The position numbers and the translations under genes were made by a program. Positions 28,420 through 38,163 of a stretch of DNA of 64,000 bases are shown in pieces (position 1 is the first letter of the stretch; every line of letters starts with the position of its first letter). Source of the DNA: a virus; the IMG/VR virus record IMGVR_UViG_3300044846_002555, positions 78,860 through 142,859 of that record; one strand, written 5' to 3'. The notes beneath the pieces are model-generated. The model made no database searches. It saw only the letters and a program-made list of their open reading frames with translations, and was not told the DNA's origin.

Positions 28420-29200
28420 GTCAATTATAAATTGGGTTAAAGAACATCCTGTAAGAGCAATGTTCTTAATCCCGATACTTTTAGTTGCGGGTATCTCAAT
28501 ATCTCACGTTGTGTCTTGGTACGACTTAACAAATCCAATTAGTTGGGCGATTTACCTATCAATAGCTATTGAAGTTGGTGCTATGACCGCATTGGTTGCT
28601 GCTACAAACAGAATTAAAGGTGGTGTATGGTTTATGTTTGGATTAGTGACCTTTATACAAATGATTGGTAATATCTTCTTTTCATTTAAAGAAATTGATG
28701 TTAACGGAGATTTATTTAAATCTTGGGTTGAACTAACGTCACCTGTTTGGGAAATGTTAGGGTCTGATATTAATGACGTGGTTTCACAAAAAAGATGGTT
28801 AGCGTTTTTAGGAGGAGGATTACTTCCAATTATTTCACTAACATCATTACACTTTTTTGTAAAATATGACGAATTAACTAAAGAAGGTGACGACGAAGTT
28901 AAAACCGTTGAGGTTGAAGTCATTAAGGAAGTTGAAAAAATTGTTGAAGTTCCGGTAGAAGTTATCAAGGAAGTTGAAAAAATAGTTGAGGTCATCAAAG
29001 AAGTTGAAGTCCCGGTAGAAGTTATCAAGGAAGTTGAAAAAATAGTTGAGGTTGAGAAGATTGTTGAAGTACCTGTTGAGGTTGTTAAAGAGATTATAGT
29101 AACCAATCAACAACCAATGAATGTTAATTACGCGGACTCGACAACTACAACAACAACCAATGATGGTCTTGTTAGATTAAGTTATGTAAAAAACACCTAA
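28412..29200 (+). CDS. multi-pass membrane protein with EVPVEVIK repeats
   Basis: about four TM helices then ~60-nt tandem DNA repeats. Confidence 0.6.
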   Translation: MIKSIINWVKEHPVRAMFLIPILLVAGISISHVVSWYDLTNPISWAIYLSIAIEVGAMTALVAATNRIKGGVWFMFGLVTFIQMIGNIFFSFKEIDVNGDLFKSWVELTSPVWEMLGSDINDVVSQKRWLAFLGGGLLPIISLTSLHFFVKYDELTKEGDDEVKTVEVEVIKEVEKIVEVPVEVIKEVEKIVEVIKEVEVPVEVIKEVEKIVEVEKIVEVPVEVVKEIIVTNQQPMNVNYADSTTTTTTNDGLVRLSYVKNT

Positions 29201-29231
29201 CATAATCAAATAAACTTTAAAGTTATAGATT

Positions 29232-29831
29232 ATGATAGACATAATAGATGGTTTTAAACCATGTGGAAAACAAAAGAAAAAAAATCAAATAATCCTCACA
29301 CATTCTTCAAGAAGTGTTGGGGATTATTTGCAATCATTAAAACTTAGATTTAATGGTAAATTTAAACGAATACCTAATTACATCGTTACTCGAGATGGAC
29401 AAATACTTCAATTATTAGGTAATAATGAACATTCAAATTATTTTACTTCAGAGAACATAAATAGAAATTCTATCATCGTTTGTTTGGAAAATTTAGGGTG
29501 GTTAGAAAAAGAACCACTAACTAATCATTACGTTAACTGGATTGGTGATATTTATAAAGGTAATGTGTTTGAAAAAAAATGGAGAGATTATTATTTTTGG
29601 CAACCTTACACATCCATTCAAGTTGAAAACACTTCTATTTTGTGTAGTGAGTTACTAAAAGAAATGAAAATTAAAAACCAAGTAATTGGACATAATACAA
29701 AAATAAATGGTATAGAAAGATATGACGGAATAGTTAGTAAAAGTAACTTTGACACTGATTATACAGATGTTAGTCCGGCATTTAATTTTGAAGAATTTTT
29801 AAAAAAAATAGAGCATGAGCAATTCACATGA
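29232..29831 (+). CDS. N-acetylmuramoyl-L-alanine amidase (Amidase_2)-like protein, apparently degenerate
   Basis: QIILTHS, YIVTRDGQILQL, NSIIVCLEN, PYTSIQ, DVSPAF fold pattern. Confidence 0.65.
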   Translation: MIDIIDGFKPCGKQKKKNQIILTHSSRSVGDYLQSLKLRFNGKFKRIPNYIVTRDGQILQLLGNNEHSNYFTSENINRNSIIVCLENLGWLEKEPLTNHYVNWIGDIYKGNVFEKKWRDYYFWQPYTSIQVENTSILCSELLKEMKIKNQVIGHNTKINGIERYDGIVSKSNFDTDYTDVSPAFNFEEFLKKIEHEQFT

Positions 29832-30417
29832 TGAAATAAAAAGATTGGTAGAGGCATCTAGAAAGATGTTATCTAATAGTACAATTAACGAGGACATTAA
29901 TCGTATTAGACAAAAACACGGTATCATAAACGAACAAGTCGATTTAGCAGACGACAATGTTACCTCAAAATTAAATGTGACAAAAAATGTTGAGGATAAA
30001 ATTGATGATGATACAGATAGTCCGGAAGATAAATCACAAGGATATAGAGTTGTAGGTGGTATTATTGTCTTACACGGTAAAGATAATAATGATTTAGATT
30101 TAACCACAGATGAAAAGATTGCTTTCCAAGAAACAATGAATGAATTTGTTGAGCAAGTTTCGGATTTAGTGGATTTCAATAAATTAAACGTATATCCAAA
30201 TAACGTGGAGTGGTCAGGTAGAATTATTGATTTTGATTTGGACTTCTTTTTTACTATTGGAGAAGAAAACGGTGTTTACATTAACGGTGAGATGTTAAAA
30301 ACTGATGACGATTTTTTAGAAATGATTAATAAATTAAAAGTTTTCTACGAAAAATTTAAATCAAAATGGGCAAAAGTTTTAGCATCAAGAAAACAAACAA
30401 GTAATACTGAAGAGTAA
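29815..30417 (+). CDS. hypothetical protein
   Basis: 200-aa ORF with INE motifs in the N-terminal part. Confidence 0.55.
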   Translation: MSNSHDEIKRLVEASRKMLSNSTINEDINRIRQKHGIINEQVDLADDNVTSKLNVTKNVEDKIDDDTDSPEDKSQGYRVVGGIIVLHGKDNNDLDLTTDEKIAFQETMNEFVEQVSDLVDFNKLNVYPNNVEWSGRIIDFDLDFFFTIGEENGVYINGEMLKTDDDFLEMINKLKVFYEKFKSKWAKVLASRKQTSNTEE

Positions 30418-30776
30418 TGAAAAATATTGTAACTAATAACAAACAAAATATATTATTAATCATCGTTATTGTATTGGCGGCTTGGAACATATTCACTACC
30501 AATGGAATTAAAACAGATGTTAAATCATATAAAGATAAAATAAATTCAATTCAAACTGAAATTGATTCGGCTAAAGCGATTAACGAAGGAATTGATGTTA
30601 AGATTGATTCAGTAAAAGGTAATGTGGTTAAAATTACAAAAGAAATTCATCACATAGATAATAACATAACAATAATTAAAAAACAAACAGATGAGAAAGT
30701 TAATAGTGTTGACACTCTTACTGCTAACGAGCTTGAGCAGTTTTTCACAAACAGATACGATAAAACCTCAAACTAA
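30417..30776 (+). CDS. N-terminal TM plus coiled coil (i-spanin-like)
   Basis: ILLIIVIVLAAW then heptads; overlaps next gene. Confidence 0.5.
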   Translation: MKNIVTNNKQNILLIIVIVLAAWNIFTTNGIKTDVKSYKDKINSIQTEIDSAKAINEGIDVKIDSVKGNVVKITKEIHHIDNNITIIKKQTDEKVNSVDTLTANELEQFFTNRYDKTSN

Positions 30777-31137
30777 TATACCTACAACTCAAAGTGATAC
30801 CACTAAGATTAGGTTAAAAGTTCCGGTTGCTAAGTTAGTTATTAAGGATATTCTTAAAGGTGATGGGTGTCAGTTGGAATTGAAAGAAACGCAGGTGAAA
30901 GTTATTAAATTAGAGACTAGGGAAAAAGAGAAAGATTCCCATATTGTTTTTCTTGAAGAAAAAGATAAGAATAATAATTTTATGTTAGGTAAAAAAGACG
31001 AACAATTAAAAGTTTCTGAAGACCTAACAAAAAGTTTACATAAAGAATTAAAAGGACAAAGAACAAAAACTTTCTTATGGAAAGTTGGTACTTTCGCTGG
31101 TATATTGGCATCAACATATCTTATTATAACAAAATAG
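30691..31137 (+). CDS. secreted coiled-coil protein with C-terminal TM (spanin-like)
   Basis: signal peptide ending SFS|Q, coiled coil, C-terminal hydrophobic helix. Confidence 0.5.
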   Translation: MRKLIVLTLLLLTSLSSFSQTDTIKPQTNIPTTQSDTTKIRLKVPVAKLVIKDILKGDGCQLELKETQVKVIKLETREKEKDSHIVFLEEKDKNNNFMLGKKDEQLKVSEDLTKSLHKELKGQRTKTFLWKVGTFAGILASTYLIITK

Positions 31138-31144
31138 AATAATT

Positions 31145-32026
31145 ATGAAAACTAAAGAAAGTATGTCAGCTGACTTAATAAATAAAGTTGAGGATGAAAT
31201 GAGTAAAGCCGGAGTTTATAGTAAAGGTATTGAAGGGATGATGGCAGTTAATGATTTTAAAAATTCATTAGGTGAGGAAAGTGAAATTGATGAAAAATGG
31301 TCAAAAAAATATAAAGACAGTATAGATTGTAAAAACCCTAAAGGTTTCTCACAAAAAGCTCATTGTCAAGGAAAAAATAAAAAAACTGAAACTGATGAAT
31401 CAACTGGTTCAGGTTCTGCAGGTGGGTTTTCCGCTCCATTATTCTCAACAACTAAACAAGAAATGCAAGAAAAATGTTGGCCGGGGTATCAACAAAAAGG
31501 TATGAAAAAAAAAGGTGGAAGGATGGTGCCTAATTGTGTGAACGAAAGTAAAGAAGAGTATTGTGATTCTTGTGATAGAGTTAAATCTAAATGTGTTTGT
31601 GGTGAGAAAAAAACTAAAGAAAAAAAATATTTAGATATTGAAGATATGATTCCTGAATTAAGAAAACAACTTAATAAAGGGACTAGATTAGACAAAGACA
31701 CAAAAAAAGTTGAAGCAACTGAAGCAACAGGTTCAGGGTCATCAGGACAATATTCAACGACGGCAGCTTGGGCTAAATCAACAAATAAAAAAGATTGGAT
31801 GGGTAAATCTAAACCTCAAATACCTGGTGGTAAATTTGTCCAAGTTAAGAAAAAATGTAAAAAATTCCCATACTGTAATCAAGGTGACATTAAAGCCCTT
31901 AAGATATATGAGAATGAGACGGTTAAGAAAGCTATTAAAAATATTAGTGAAAAACACAATATTAGTGAGAATGTAATCAAATCAATTATTTCATATGAGT
32001 ACGAAAAATTAAAATCAAATAAATAA
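31145..32026 (+). CDS. modular basic protein, putative head-internal
   Basis: short modules KWSKKYKDSIDCKNPKGFSQKAHC and CWPGYQQKGMKKKGGRMVPNCV separated by x-x-E sites. Confidence 0.55.
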   Translation: MKTKESMSADLINKVEDEMSKAGVYSKGIEGMMAVNDFKNSLGEESEIDEKWSKKYKDSIDCKNPKGFSQKAHCQGKNKKTETDESTGSGSAGGFSAPLFSTTKQEMQEKCWPGYQQKGMKKKGGRMVPNCVNESKEEYCDSCDRVKSKCVCGEKKTKEKKYLDIEDMIPELRKQLNKGTRLDKDTKKVEATEATGSGSSGQYSTTAAWAKSTNKKDWMGKSKPQIPGGKFVQVKKKCKKFPYCNQGDIKALKIYENETVKKAIKNISEKHNISENVIKSIISYEYEKLKSNK

Positions 32027-32063
32027 AGTAAAAAACTAATATATTTATAATAAAAAAACAACA

Positions 32064-33584
32064 ATGAAAAAATTAAATATAACTTATTTAGAAAAAATGA
32101 TTTCTAAAGTATTGAAAGAAAACTTAGGTGAAAAGGCGGAAACTTTAGTATCTAAAATTAAATCGTCTATTAAAGAAAATTCAGAAGTTTGTGAACAGTG
32201 TGGTGGTAATATGAATGAAGACGTTTGTGAACAGTGTGGTGGAAAAATGATGGATGAAGGGATTTATGATGTAGAAGACATCAATAATAAAGATGAATTT
32301 GATTATGTTCAAGAAGAAGAAGATATCGAAACAAATATGGAGAATGAGGAATCTTGTAAATACCATATGGATAACTTTGGTCCGGAGGATGAAAGAACTA
32401 AACAATTTTGTGGTGACTCAATGAATGAGGGGTTAAAAGGTCGTCAAAAAAAATTAGATAAAAACAAAAACAATAAAATTGATTCGGAGGACTTTAAACT
32501 TTTACGTAAAGAAAAAAAAGGAAATAGCATGAAATTTAAGGATAGACATGGTATGGAAGAAGGTAAACATTTTGGTTCATTTGATGACAACGAATGGATA
32601 GATGATAAAGACAGAATTTTTAACAATGATTTTGACTTTGATTATGATGAGGAAGAATTTAACGATTACCCATCATTCAAAGAAAAACATCCGGATTCTA
32701 AATGGTTTGGTGGTAAAGATTATTTTGACACTTACAAAAAACATCACAACCGTCCATTAAAAGTTAGAAGTAGAAAATTTGAAACAGATGAAGGTAATGC
32801 GTTTTCAGGAGCTTTAGCTGACGCTAAAAAAAGTAGTAGAGATTCTTTTGAAGTTGATGGTAAAAAATATCCGGTTAAAGAATCGGTTAGAATGACTGAA
32901 ACTGAGTTAGTTAATTTGATTGAAAAAATTATTTCAGAACAAAAATCAACAGATGTTAAAGACCCTGCGGAGAAAAATAATCTAAAAACTATTGGAAGTG
33001 CACCAGGGTTAGACAAATACAAACAAGTCCATAAAAAAGACGGTAAAGAAAATGAAGATAACCTTAAAGCTGTTGCTCAAAAAATGAAAGATTATTTGAA
33101 AGATGGGTCTAAAGGTGAATACGATACAAATCCAAAAATTTTCCCTAAAGGAAACGGGGAGTTAGCAAAAATGAGTAAGAAGGCGTATGTTCCATCAGGA
33201 GCGGTTGAAGATTATATTGATAACTTTACAGCGGCAGCTTTAGAGAATTTGGATTATGATGGTATAGAACCTAATGAAGAATGGGTGACTAATAACATAG
33301 AAGGTTCTTCAAAAACAGGTAATAATCCTGATTGGGCAAACACTGGCGAATCTGATGTTAATAAAAAACGTAATAAAATTAGAAAAGATAATTTATTAGG
33401 TAAACTTAAAAGAAAGGCTTATAACAAATCTCCTCAACCGGTTATCAATGATAAGTCGGGTGAAGATAAAGGAAGTGAGATTATGACTAAATTAGAATCG
33501 GTTAACGATAAAAAAACAAAACAAATTAATGAAGAGTTTGACAGAATGAAATCTTTAATGGGTTACAATCAAAAAACTCAATAA
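32064..33584 (+). CDS. modular protein, putative head-internal/scaffold-like
   Basis: repeated (L/I/M/V)-x-E sites, duplicated VCEQCGG, LDKNKNNKIDSEDF module; TATTTAT upstream. Confidence 0.55.
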   Translation: MKKLNITYLEKMISKVLKENLGEKAETLVSKIKSSIKENSEVCEQCGGNMNEDVCEQCGGKMMDEGIYDVEDINNKDEFDYVQEEEDIETNMENEESCKYHMDNFGPEDERTKQFCGDSMNEGLKGRQKKLDKNKNNKIDSEDFKLLRKEKKGNSMKFKDRHGMEEGKHFGSFDDNEWIDDKDRIFNNDFDFDYDEEEFNDYPSFKEKHPDSKWFGGKDYFDTYKKHHNRPLKVRSRKFETDEGNAFSGALADAKKSSRDSFEVDGKKYPVKESVRMTETELVNLIEKIISEQKSTDVKDPAEKNNLKTIGSAPGLDKYKQVHKKDGKENEDNLKAVAQKMKDYLKDGSKGEYDTNPKIFPKGNGELAKMSKKAYVPSGAVEDYIDNFTAAALENLDYDGIEPNEEWVTNNIEGSSKTGNNPDWANTGESDVNKKRNKIRKDNLLGKLKRKAYNKSPQPVINDKSGEDKGSEIMTKLESVNDKKTKQINEEFDRMKSLMGYNQKTQ

Positions 33585-33632
33585 TTTACAAACAAATTAA
33601 ATCAATTATATTTTCTCCATAGACAAACATCT

Positions 33633-34100
33633 ATGGAGAATTTTTTTAACTACATAACGAAACCATTAAAACCTGAAGATATTGATATATGGTTTAAGAT
33701 GAATAATATAATTTCTGAAAAAATGGAATTATATTCTGACTTCTGCCATACATTATATATTTTAATATACGACACGTATTTAGGTCAAGATGATGTGTCC
33801 ACCGAAACTAAAATTAAATTAACGGAAGATGATAATTTAAAACACTTTGAATGGTGTTGGATGAAAGTCATAAATAATTTTGGTAAAGAAAATATTAACT
33901 TCAATAAAAAAGGTGACCATTTCGATTATTTTTATTCATTCTTCAGTGAAATATATTATCTCCAAGTTGAAGATAAAGTTAAAAACTCTATTAATAGTTT
34001 TTTTACAGACCTATTTAATACTAAAAAAACTTTCACAAAATCAGATTTAGATATGGTTTTAACCATTTATAAAATATTAGACAAAAATCTTAAAAAATAA
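33633..34100 (+). CDS. hypothetical protein
   Basis: 155-aa ORF. Confidence 0.6.
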   Translation: MENFFNYITKPLKPEDIDIWFKMNNIISEKMELYSDFCHTLYILIYDTYLGQDDVSTETKIKLTEDDNLKHFEWCWMKVINNFGKENINFNKKGDHFDYFYSFFSEIYYLQVEDKVKNSINSFFTDLFNTKKTFTKSDLDMVLTIYKILDKNLKK

Positions 34101-34182
34101 AAAAATCCTTTATAGTGTTTACTATAGGATAAAAAAAATTATTTTATAAGTATTAAAAATAAATTAATTAACACAATTTGAA

Positions 34183-34359
34183 ATGGAAACATTAGAACAA
34201 ATTAAATCTTTAACCGAAGAGTTATCAGTTGATACTTCAAAATTTTTTGGAGGTAATAAAAGTGCAGGAACAAGAGCAAGAAAATCAGCACAAGATTTGA
34301 AAAAATTATTAGATAGCTTAAGAAAAGAGATTTTATCTGAAAGAAAAAAAGAAGAGTAA
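34183..34359 (+). CDS. histone H1-like Hc1 family protein (58 aa, not in ORF track)
   Basis: FFGGNKSAGTRARKSAQDLKK matches the GNKxAGTRARK signature. Confidence 0.8.
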   Translation: METLEQIKSLTEELSVDTSKFFGGNKSAGTRARKSAQDLKKLLDSLRKEILSERKKEE

Positions 34360-34547
34360 TGGATAGTATTGATACAATTTTTTTATTTGTATTTATCTTT
34401 TCAGTTTTAACCGTTTTTAGAACGGTTACTAGATTGGTAAGTTCCCTGTTCTCAAACCCACCAAAGAGATTCCAATGGAATAGAGGGGAACTTATTTATC
34501 TTGGATTGGCAATATCGTATTGTTTAACCTACATTATTAAAAATTAA
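34359..34547 (+). CDS. small membrane protein
   Basis: two hydrophobic helices. Confidence 0.55.
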   Translation: MDSIDTIFLFVFIFSVLTVFRTVTRLVSSLFSNPPKRFQWNRGELIYLGLAISYCLTYIIKN

Positions 34548-34549
34548 TT

Positions 34550-34996
34550 ATGAGTTTGTATAAAGAATTTTCGGAATTATTACCGTACATTCAATCAGTA
34601 AGAAAGATTGAAAAATATTTATCGTTTGATATTAGTTTTCCAACATCGTGGAAACTACCTAAAAAATATGTCCAAGAAGATAAAGTAATGGAGCAGGAGA
34701 ATAAAATACCTGGTAACCGTACATTTTCTTTTGTTGCGGAAATTAACGAAAGTGATGTAGAACAAGTGACTGAAAATTTACAAAACATTATAAAATATAA
34801 TCTTGAGAGAGAAGAAAAAGATAGATTATTTCAAAATAAAGTTGACGAGTTAAAATCTATTTTTGAAAAACAAAATTTAGAGAGTTTACAGAATTTAAAA
34901 TTTGATTTAAAATCTAAAACATTAAGTAAATTAAAACTTGACGATAATGAAGAAGAACTTACAACAACTAGAGTGGTTGCAGAACGAGATAATTAA
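34550..34996 (+). CDS. hypothetical protein
   Basis: 148-aa ORF. Confidence 0.6.
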   Translation: MSLYKEFSELLPYIQSVRKIEKYLSFDISFPTSWKLPKKYVQEDKVMEQENKIPGNRTFSFVAEINESDVEQVTENLQNIIKYNLEREEKDRLFQNKVDELKSIFEKQNLESLQNLKFDLKSKTLSKLKLDDNEEELTTTRVVAERDN

Positions 34997-35132
34997 AGAT
35001 AAAATTATTCTTGACCAAGAAAAGTCAAAATTAATCGATAATATTAAAAAATTAAAAAAGGAAGATATTCTTCCAAAACCTCCGGAAAAATTAACATTAT
35101 GGCAGAGAATCAAAAAAGTATTGATGGGATAA
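34938..35132 (+). CDS. hypothetical protein
   Basis: coiled coil ending LTLWQRIKKVL. Confidence 0.5.
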   Translation: MTIMKKNLQQLEWLQNEIIKDKIILDQEKSKLIDNIKKLKKEDILPKPPEKLTLWQRIKKVLMG

Positions 35133-35335
35133 TTGAAAAGTTAGCAATGATTGTTGACGCTGCAGATGAATTATTTCCCGATGGAAAAATGTTATTAGCG
35201 TTTGAATTAAAAGAAACTGAATTTAAAAAAGTTCAAGGAAACTTTAGAGAAATCGATAAATCTTTTAAACAGTTTAAAATAGAAATGTCGGGTAATGATA
35301 TTATGTTTTTGTTGGATGAGTCGTCGAATGTCTAA
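35099..35335 (+). CDS. hypothetical protein
   Basis: 78-aa ORF. Confidence 0.5.
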   Translation: MAENQKSIDGIIEKLAMIVDAADELFPDGKMLLAFELKETEFKKVQGNFREIDKSFKQFKIEMSGNDIMFLLDESSNV

Positions 35336-35942
35336 TTAAATAATTTTTAGGAAATCCGTTTTCTTCTAATAAATTATATAGGTATTTTCTTTGTGAGGTA
35401 CTATAATCTTTAACAAACATACAATCGTATCGTTTTTCATTTATGAAGTGTTCCGACACATTATCAATAAATCTTAAACTATCATCATCATTTTTAAATG
35501 TTAATAAATTAAATTTATCATCATTTTGAATGATGATTTTATTATTTAATTTAGATATTAATTTAAGACCGTCTACTTTTAAATAAGTTTTTAATAATTC
35601 ACCTAACCCTATTTTTTTATTTTTTGAATAATCTAAAAACAATTCTTCAATTTTAAATTTCATAATTTTTAAAATTGTAAAGTCATCGTCATCTAAATTT
35701 ACTTTAACTTTTCTCCCGTATTCGTCTTTCAAAAATATAGGTAAAAAAGTTCCCGATGTTTTTTCTAATAACGCTAATTCGTAACTACACTCCACACCAT
35801 TTTCATATTTCTTATCAAATATAACTGAATCACTTTCATCCATAAGTGAATCAAAATAATTATTTGCCCTTTTATGGGTTATAAATTTCTTGATTATTTT
35901 CTTTTTTGTTTTATTTTTAAACAATACTATCTGATAGTTCAT
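35301..35942 (-). CDS. hypothetical protein
   Basis: 213-aa ORF; ATAAATA at 35958-35964. Confidence 0.6.
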   Translation of the reverse strand: MNYQIVLFKNKTKKKIIKKFITHKRANNYFDSLMDESDSVIFDKKYENGVECSYELALLEKTSGTFLPIFLKDEYGRKVKVNLDDDDFTILKIMKFKIEELFLDYSKNKKIGLGELLKTYLKVDGLKLISKLNNKIIIQNDDKFNLLTFKNDDDSLRFIDNVSEHFINEKRYDCMFVKDYSTSQRKYLYNLLEENGFPKNYLIRHSTTHPTKT

Positions 35943-35997
35943 ATTGGGTGTGTATTAATAAATAAGTTAGTTTTATATTAAATATAAGTAAATAAGT

Positions 35998-36915
35998 ATG
36001 GAGAATTTTTATCAAACACTAGGTGTAAATGAAAACGCAACTCAAGATGAGATTAAGAAAGCATATCGTAAATTAGCGGTAGAACATCATCCGGACAAAG
36101 GTGGGAATGAAGATACTTTTAAAAAAATATCGCAAGCTTATGATACCGTAGGTGACGAAAGTAAAAGAAAACAATACGATAACCAAAGAAGTAACCCATT
36201 TTCTAATATGGGTGGAGGAGGGTTTAATCCTTTTGAAGATATGTTTCAAAATGGTTTTTACCAACAAAGAAGAAGAGCCGCTCCTGATAAAATTATTGAA
36301 GTTACCGTTGGTACAATACAATCTTATAATGGTTCAGAAAAAAGTTTTACGTATAATAGAAAACATAAATGTGAACCGTGTAATGGTAATGGTGGTGAAA
36401 GAATAAACTGTAATTCGTGTGGAGGTGAAGGATTTATTACACAAAGAGTTGGTTCAGGATTATTTGTTCAACTTGTAAGACAAACTTGTAATTCGTGTGG
36501 TGGTAAAGGATTTTCGTATAAAACAGTTTGTGGTTCGTGTAATGGTGAGACAACAGTAACTAAACCTGAGACAATTACTATTAAACTTCCTCACGGTATA
36601 GATGAAGGTCAATTTTTAAAACTACAGGGTAAAGGTGACTATGTGAATGGTGTTTATGGTAATTTAGTTATCAAAGTTAAAGTAACGTCAGAAGATAATT
36701 TTGAAAAATCAGGTGATGATTTAATATATAATGCGTATTTTGATTTGAATACGATTAAGAATGAAAAGTTAGATATTAAACATCCAAAAGGTACGATGTC
36801 TATAAAATTACCTGAAGAGTTTGATACAGAAAAACCCCTTCGAGTAAAATCAAAAGGGTTTCATAATACGGGGGATTTATTTGTTAAGTTACACGTTAAA
36901 TTTAAACGAACTTAA
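35998..36915 (+). CDS. dnaJ: DnaJ chaperone
   Basis: HPD J-domain, G/F linker, four CxxCxGxG-type repeats. Confidence 0.93.
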   Translation: MENFYQTLGVNENATQDEIKKAYRKLAVEHHPDKGGNEDTFKKISQAYDTVGDESKRKQYDNQRSNPFSNMGGGGFNPFEDMFQNGFYQQRRRAAPDKIIEVTVGTIQSYNGSEKSFTYNRKHKCEPCNGNGGERINCNSCGGEGFITQRVGSGLFVQLVRQTCNSCGGKGFSYKTVCGSCNGETTVTKPETITIKLPHGIDEGQFLKLQGKGDYVNGVYGNLVIKVKVTSEDNFEKSGDDLIYNAYFDLNTIKNEKLDIKHPKGTMSIKLPEEFDTEKPLRVKSKGFHNTGDLFVKLHVKFKRT

Positions 36916-37115
36916 AAAAAATTAATTAGTTCTTTTACTAATTTGATTGTACCGTAAATTGATGAGAATAAAACATATGTTGATATAATCACCATAACCC
37001 AATGTGATTTAGATAATGACTTACGTTTACATGTTTTACATTCTTTTTTAGGTTGTTCAGGGGTGTCGTAGATAATATCCTTTTCTTCGATAATTTGTCC
37101 TTCAAGTTGTTCCAT
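36912..37115 (-). CDS. small CxxC membrane protein
   Basis: CKTC plus TM; ATAAATA at 37131-37137. Confidence 0.55.
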   Translation of the reverse strand: MEQLEGQIIEEKDIIYDTPEQPKKECKTCKRKSLSKSHWVMVIISTYVLFSSIYGTIKLVKELINFF

Positions 37116-37208
37116 AGTAATATATTTTAAATAAATATAATAAAAAATATTTGAAAGAGAAACTTGCTTTTTAACTTTTTATTTCTTATACTTAAAAAAA
37201 AGAAAATT

Positions 37209-38057
37209 ATGGCATTATCGTACATCGGAGGTAAATCAAAAATAGGTAAATGGATTGTTCCATTCATACCTCAAGATATTGAAACATACATTGAACCATT
37301 TTCAGGTATGTTTTGGGTATTTTTTAATATGGACTTAACAAAGTACCCAAACTTAAAGAACGTTGTTTACAACGACTTTAATCCACTAAACTACAATTTA
37401 TTTCAATGTCTTCAGAATCCGGAAAGATTATTAGAAGAAGTGAATAATATTCCTTGTCAACAAAGGAATGAGTTTCCGACACCGGAGATATATAAAGAAC
37501 AATTTATCAGGTTCCAAGCTGAAATATTTGAAACCAATTTCAGCGTACAAGCTTACGATTATGTGGTTGCTGCTAAATACGCTTATGTATTGGCTCAGGT
37601 ATTCTCAGGGTCTAAACCTGAAACAAGTTCATTTATTGATTTGAAAGGTAAGTATAAATCAAAGTATCTTACATTCAGAGATAAATTATCTAAACCGGAT
37701 TGGGTAGAACACTTTTTAAAAATTACTCACGTTGAGAATATGGACTTCCAAGACGTTATCCAAAAATATGATGGACCATCAACATATGTTTATGCTGACC
37801 CCCCATATTGGAAGACAGAGAACTATTACAACAACCACGACTTTGATAGTAAAGACCATGAGAGATTGGCGGATTGTCTAAAAGGTATTCAGGGTAAGTT
37901 TTCATTATCCTATTATGATTTCCCACAATTACATACTTGGTTTCCACCTCTTCAGTATGTTTGGGAGAAGAAAGAATTTGCTAAGGCGGCGGCTGCGAAG
38001 AAAGGTAAAACACAAAATATGGGGGAAGAACTCCTTATTATGAATTACCAAAAATAA
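37209..38057 (+). CDS. D12-class (Dam-like) N6-adenine DNA methyltransferase
   Basis: YIGGKS, YIEPFSG, YND, DPPY; start MALSY. Confidence 0.85.
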   Translation: MALSYIGGKSKIGKWIVPFIPQDIETYIEPFSGMFWVFFNMDLTKYPNLKNVVYNDFNPLNYNLFQCLQNPERLLEEVNNIPCQQRNEFPTPEIYKEQFIRFQAEIFETNFSVQAYDYVVAAKYAYVLAQVFSGSKPETSSFIDLKGKYKSKYLTFRDKLSKPDWVEHFLKITHVENMDFQDVIQKYDGPSTYVYADPPYWKTENYYNNHDFDSKDHERLADCLKGIQGKFSLSYYDFPQLHTWFPPLQYVWEKKEFAKAAAAKKGKTQNMGEELLIMNYQK

Positions 38058-38088
38058 TTTGTAATTTAAAAAATAAGTGTTATCTTTG
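38058..38088 (+). promoter_or_regulatory. Bacteroidota-type promoter
   Basis: TTTG-N19-TATCTTTG. Confidence 0.75.
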
Positions 38089-38163
38089 TCCTCGTTAAAG
38101 AAAAGTAAATGGATTTAACGAATTATTTACAAAATTCAAATATTTATATTAAAAACGTTTAAA

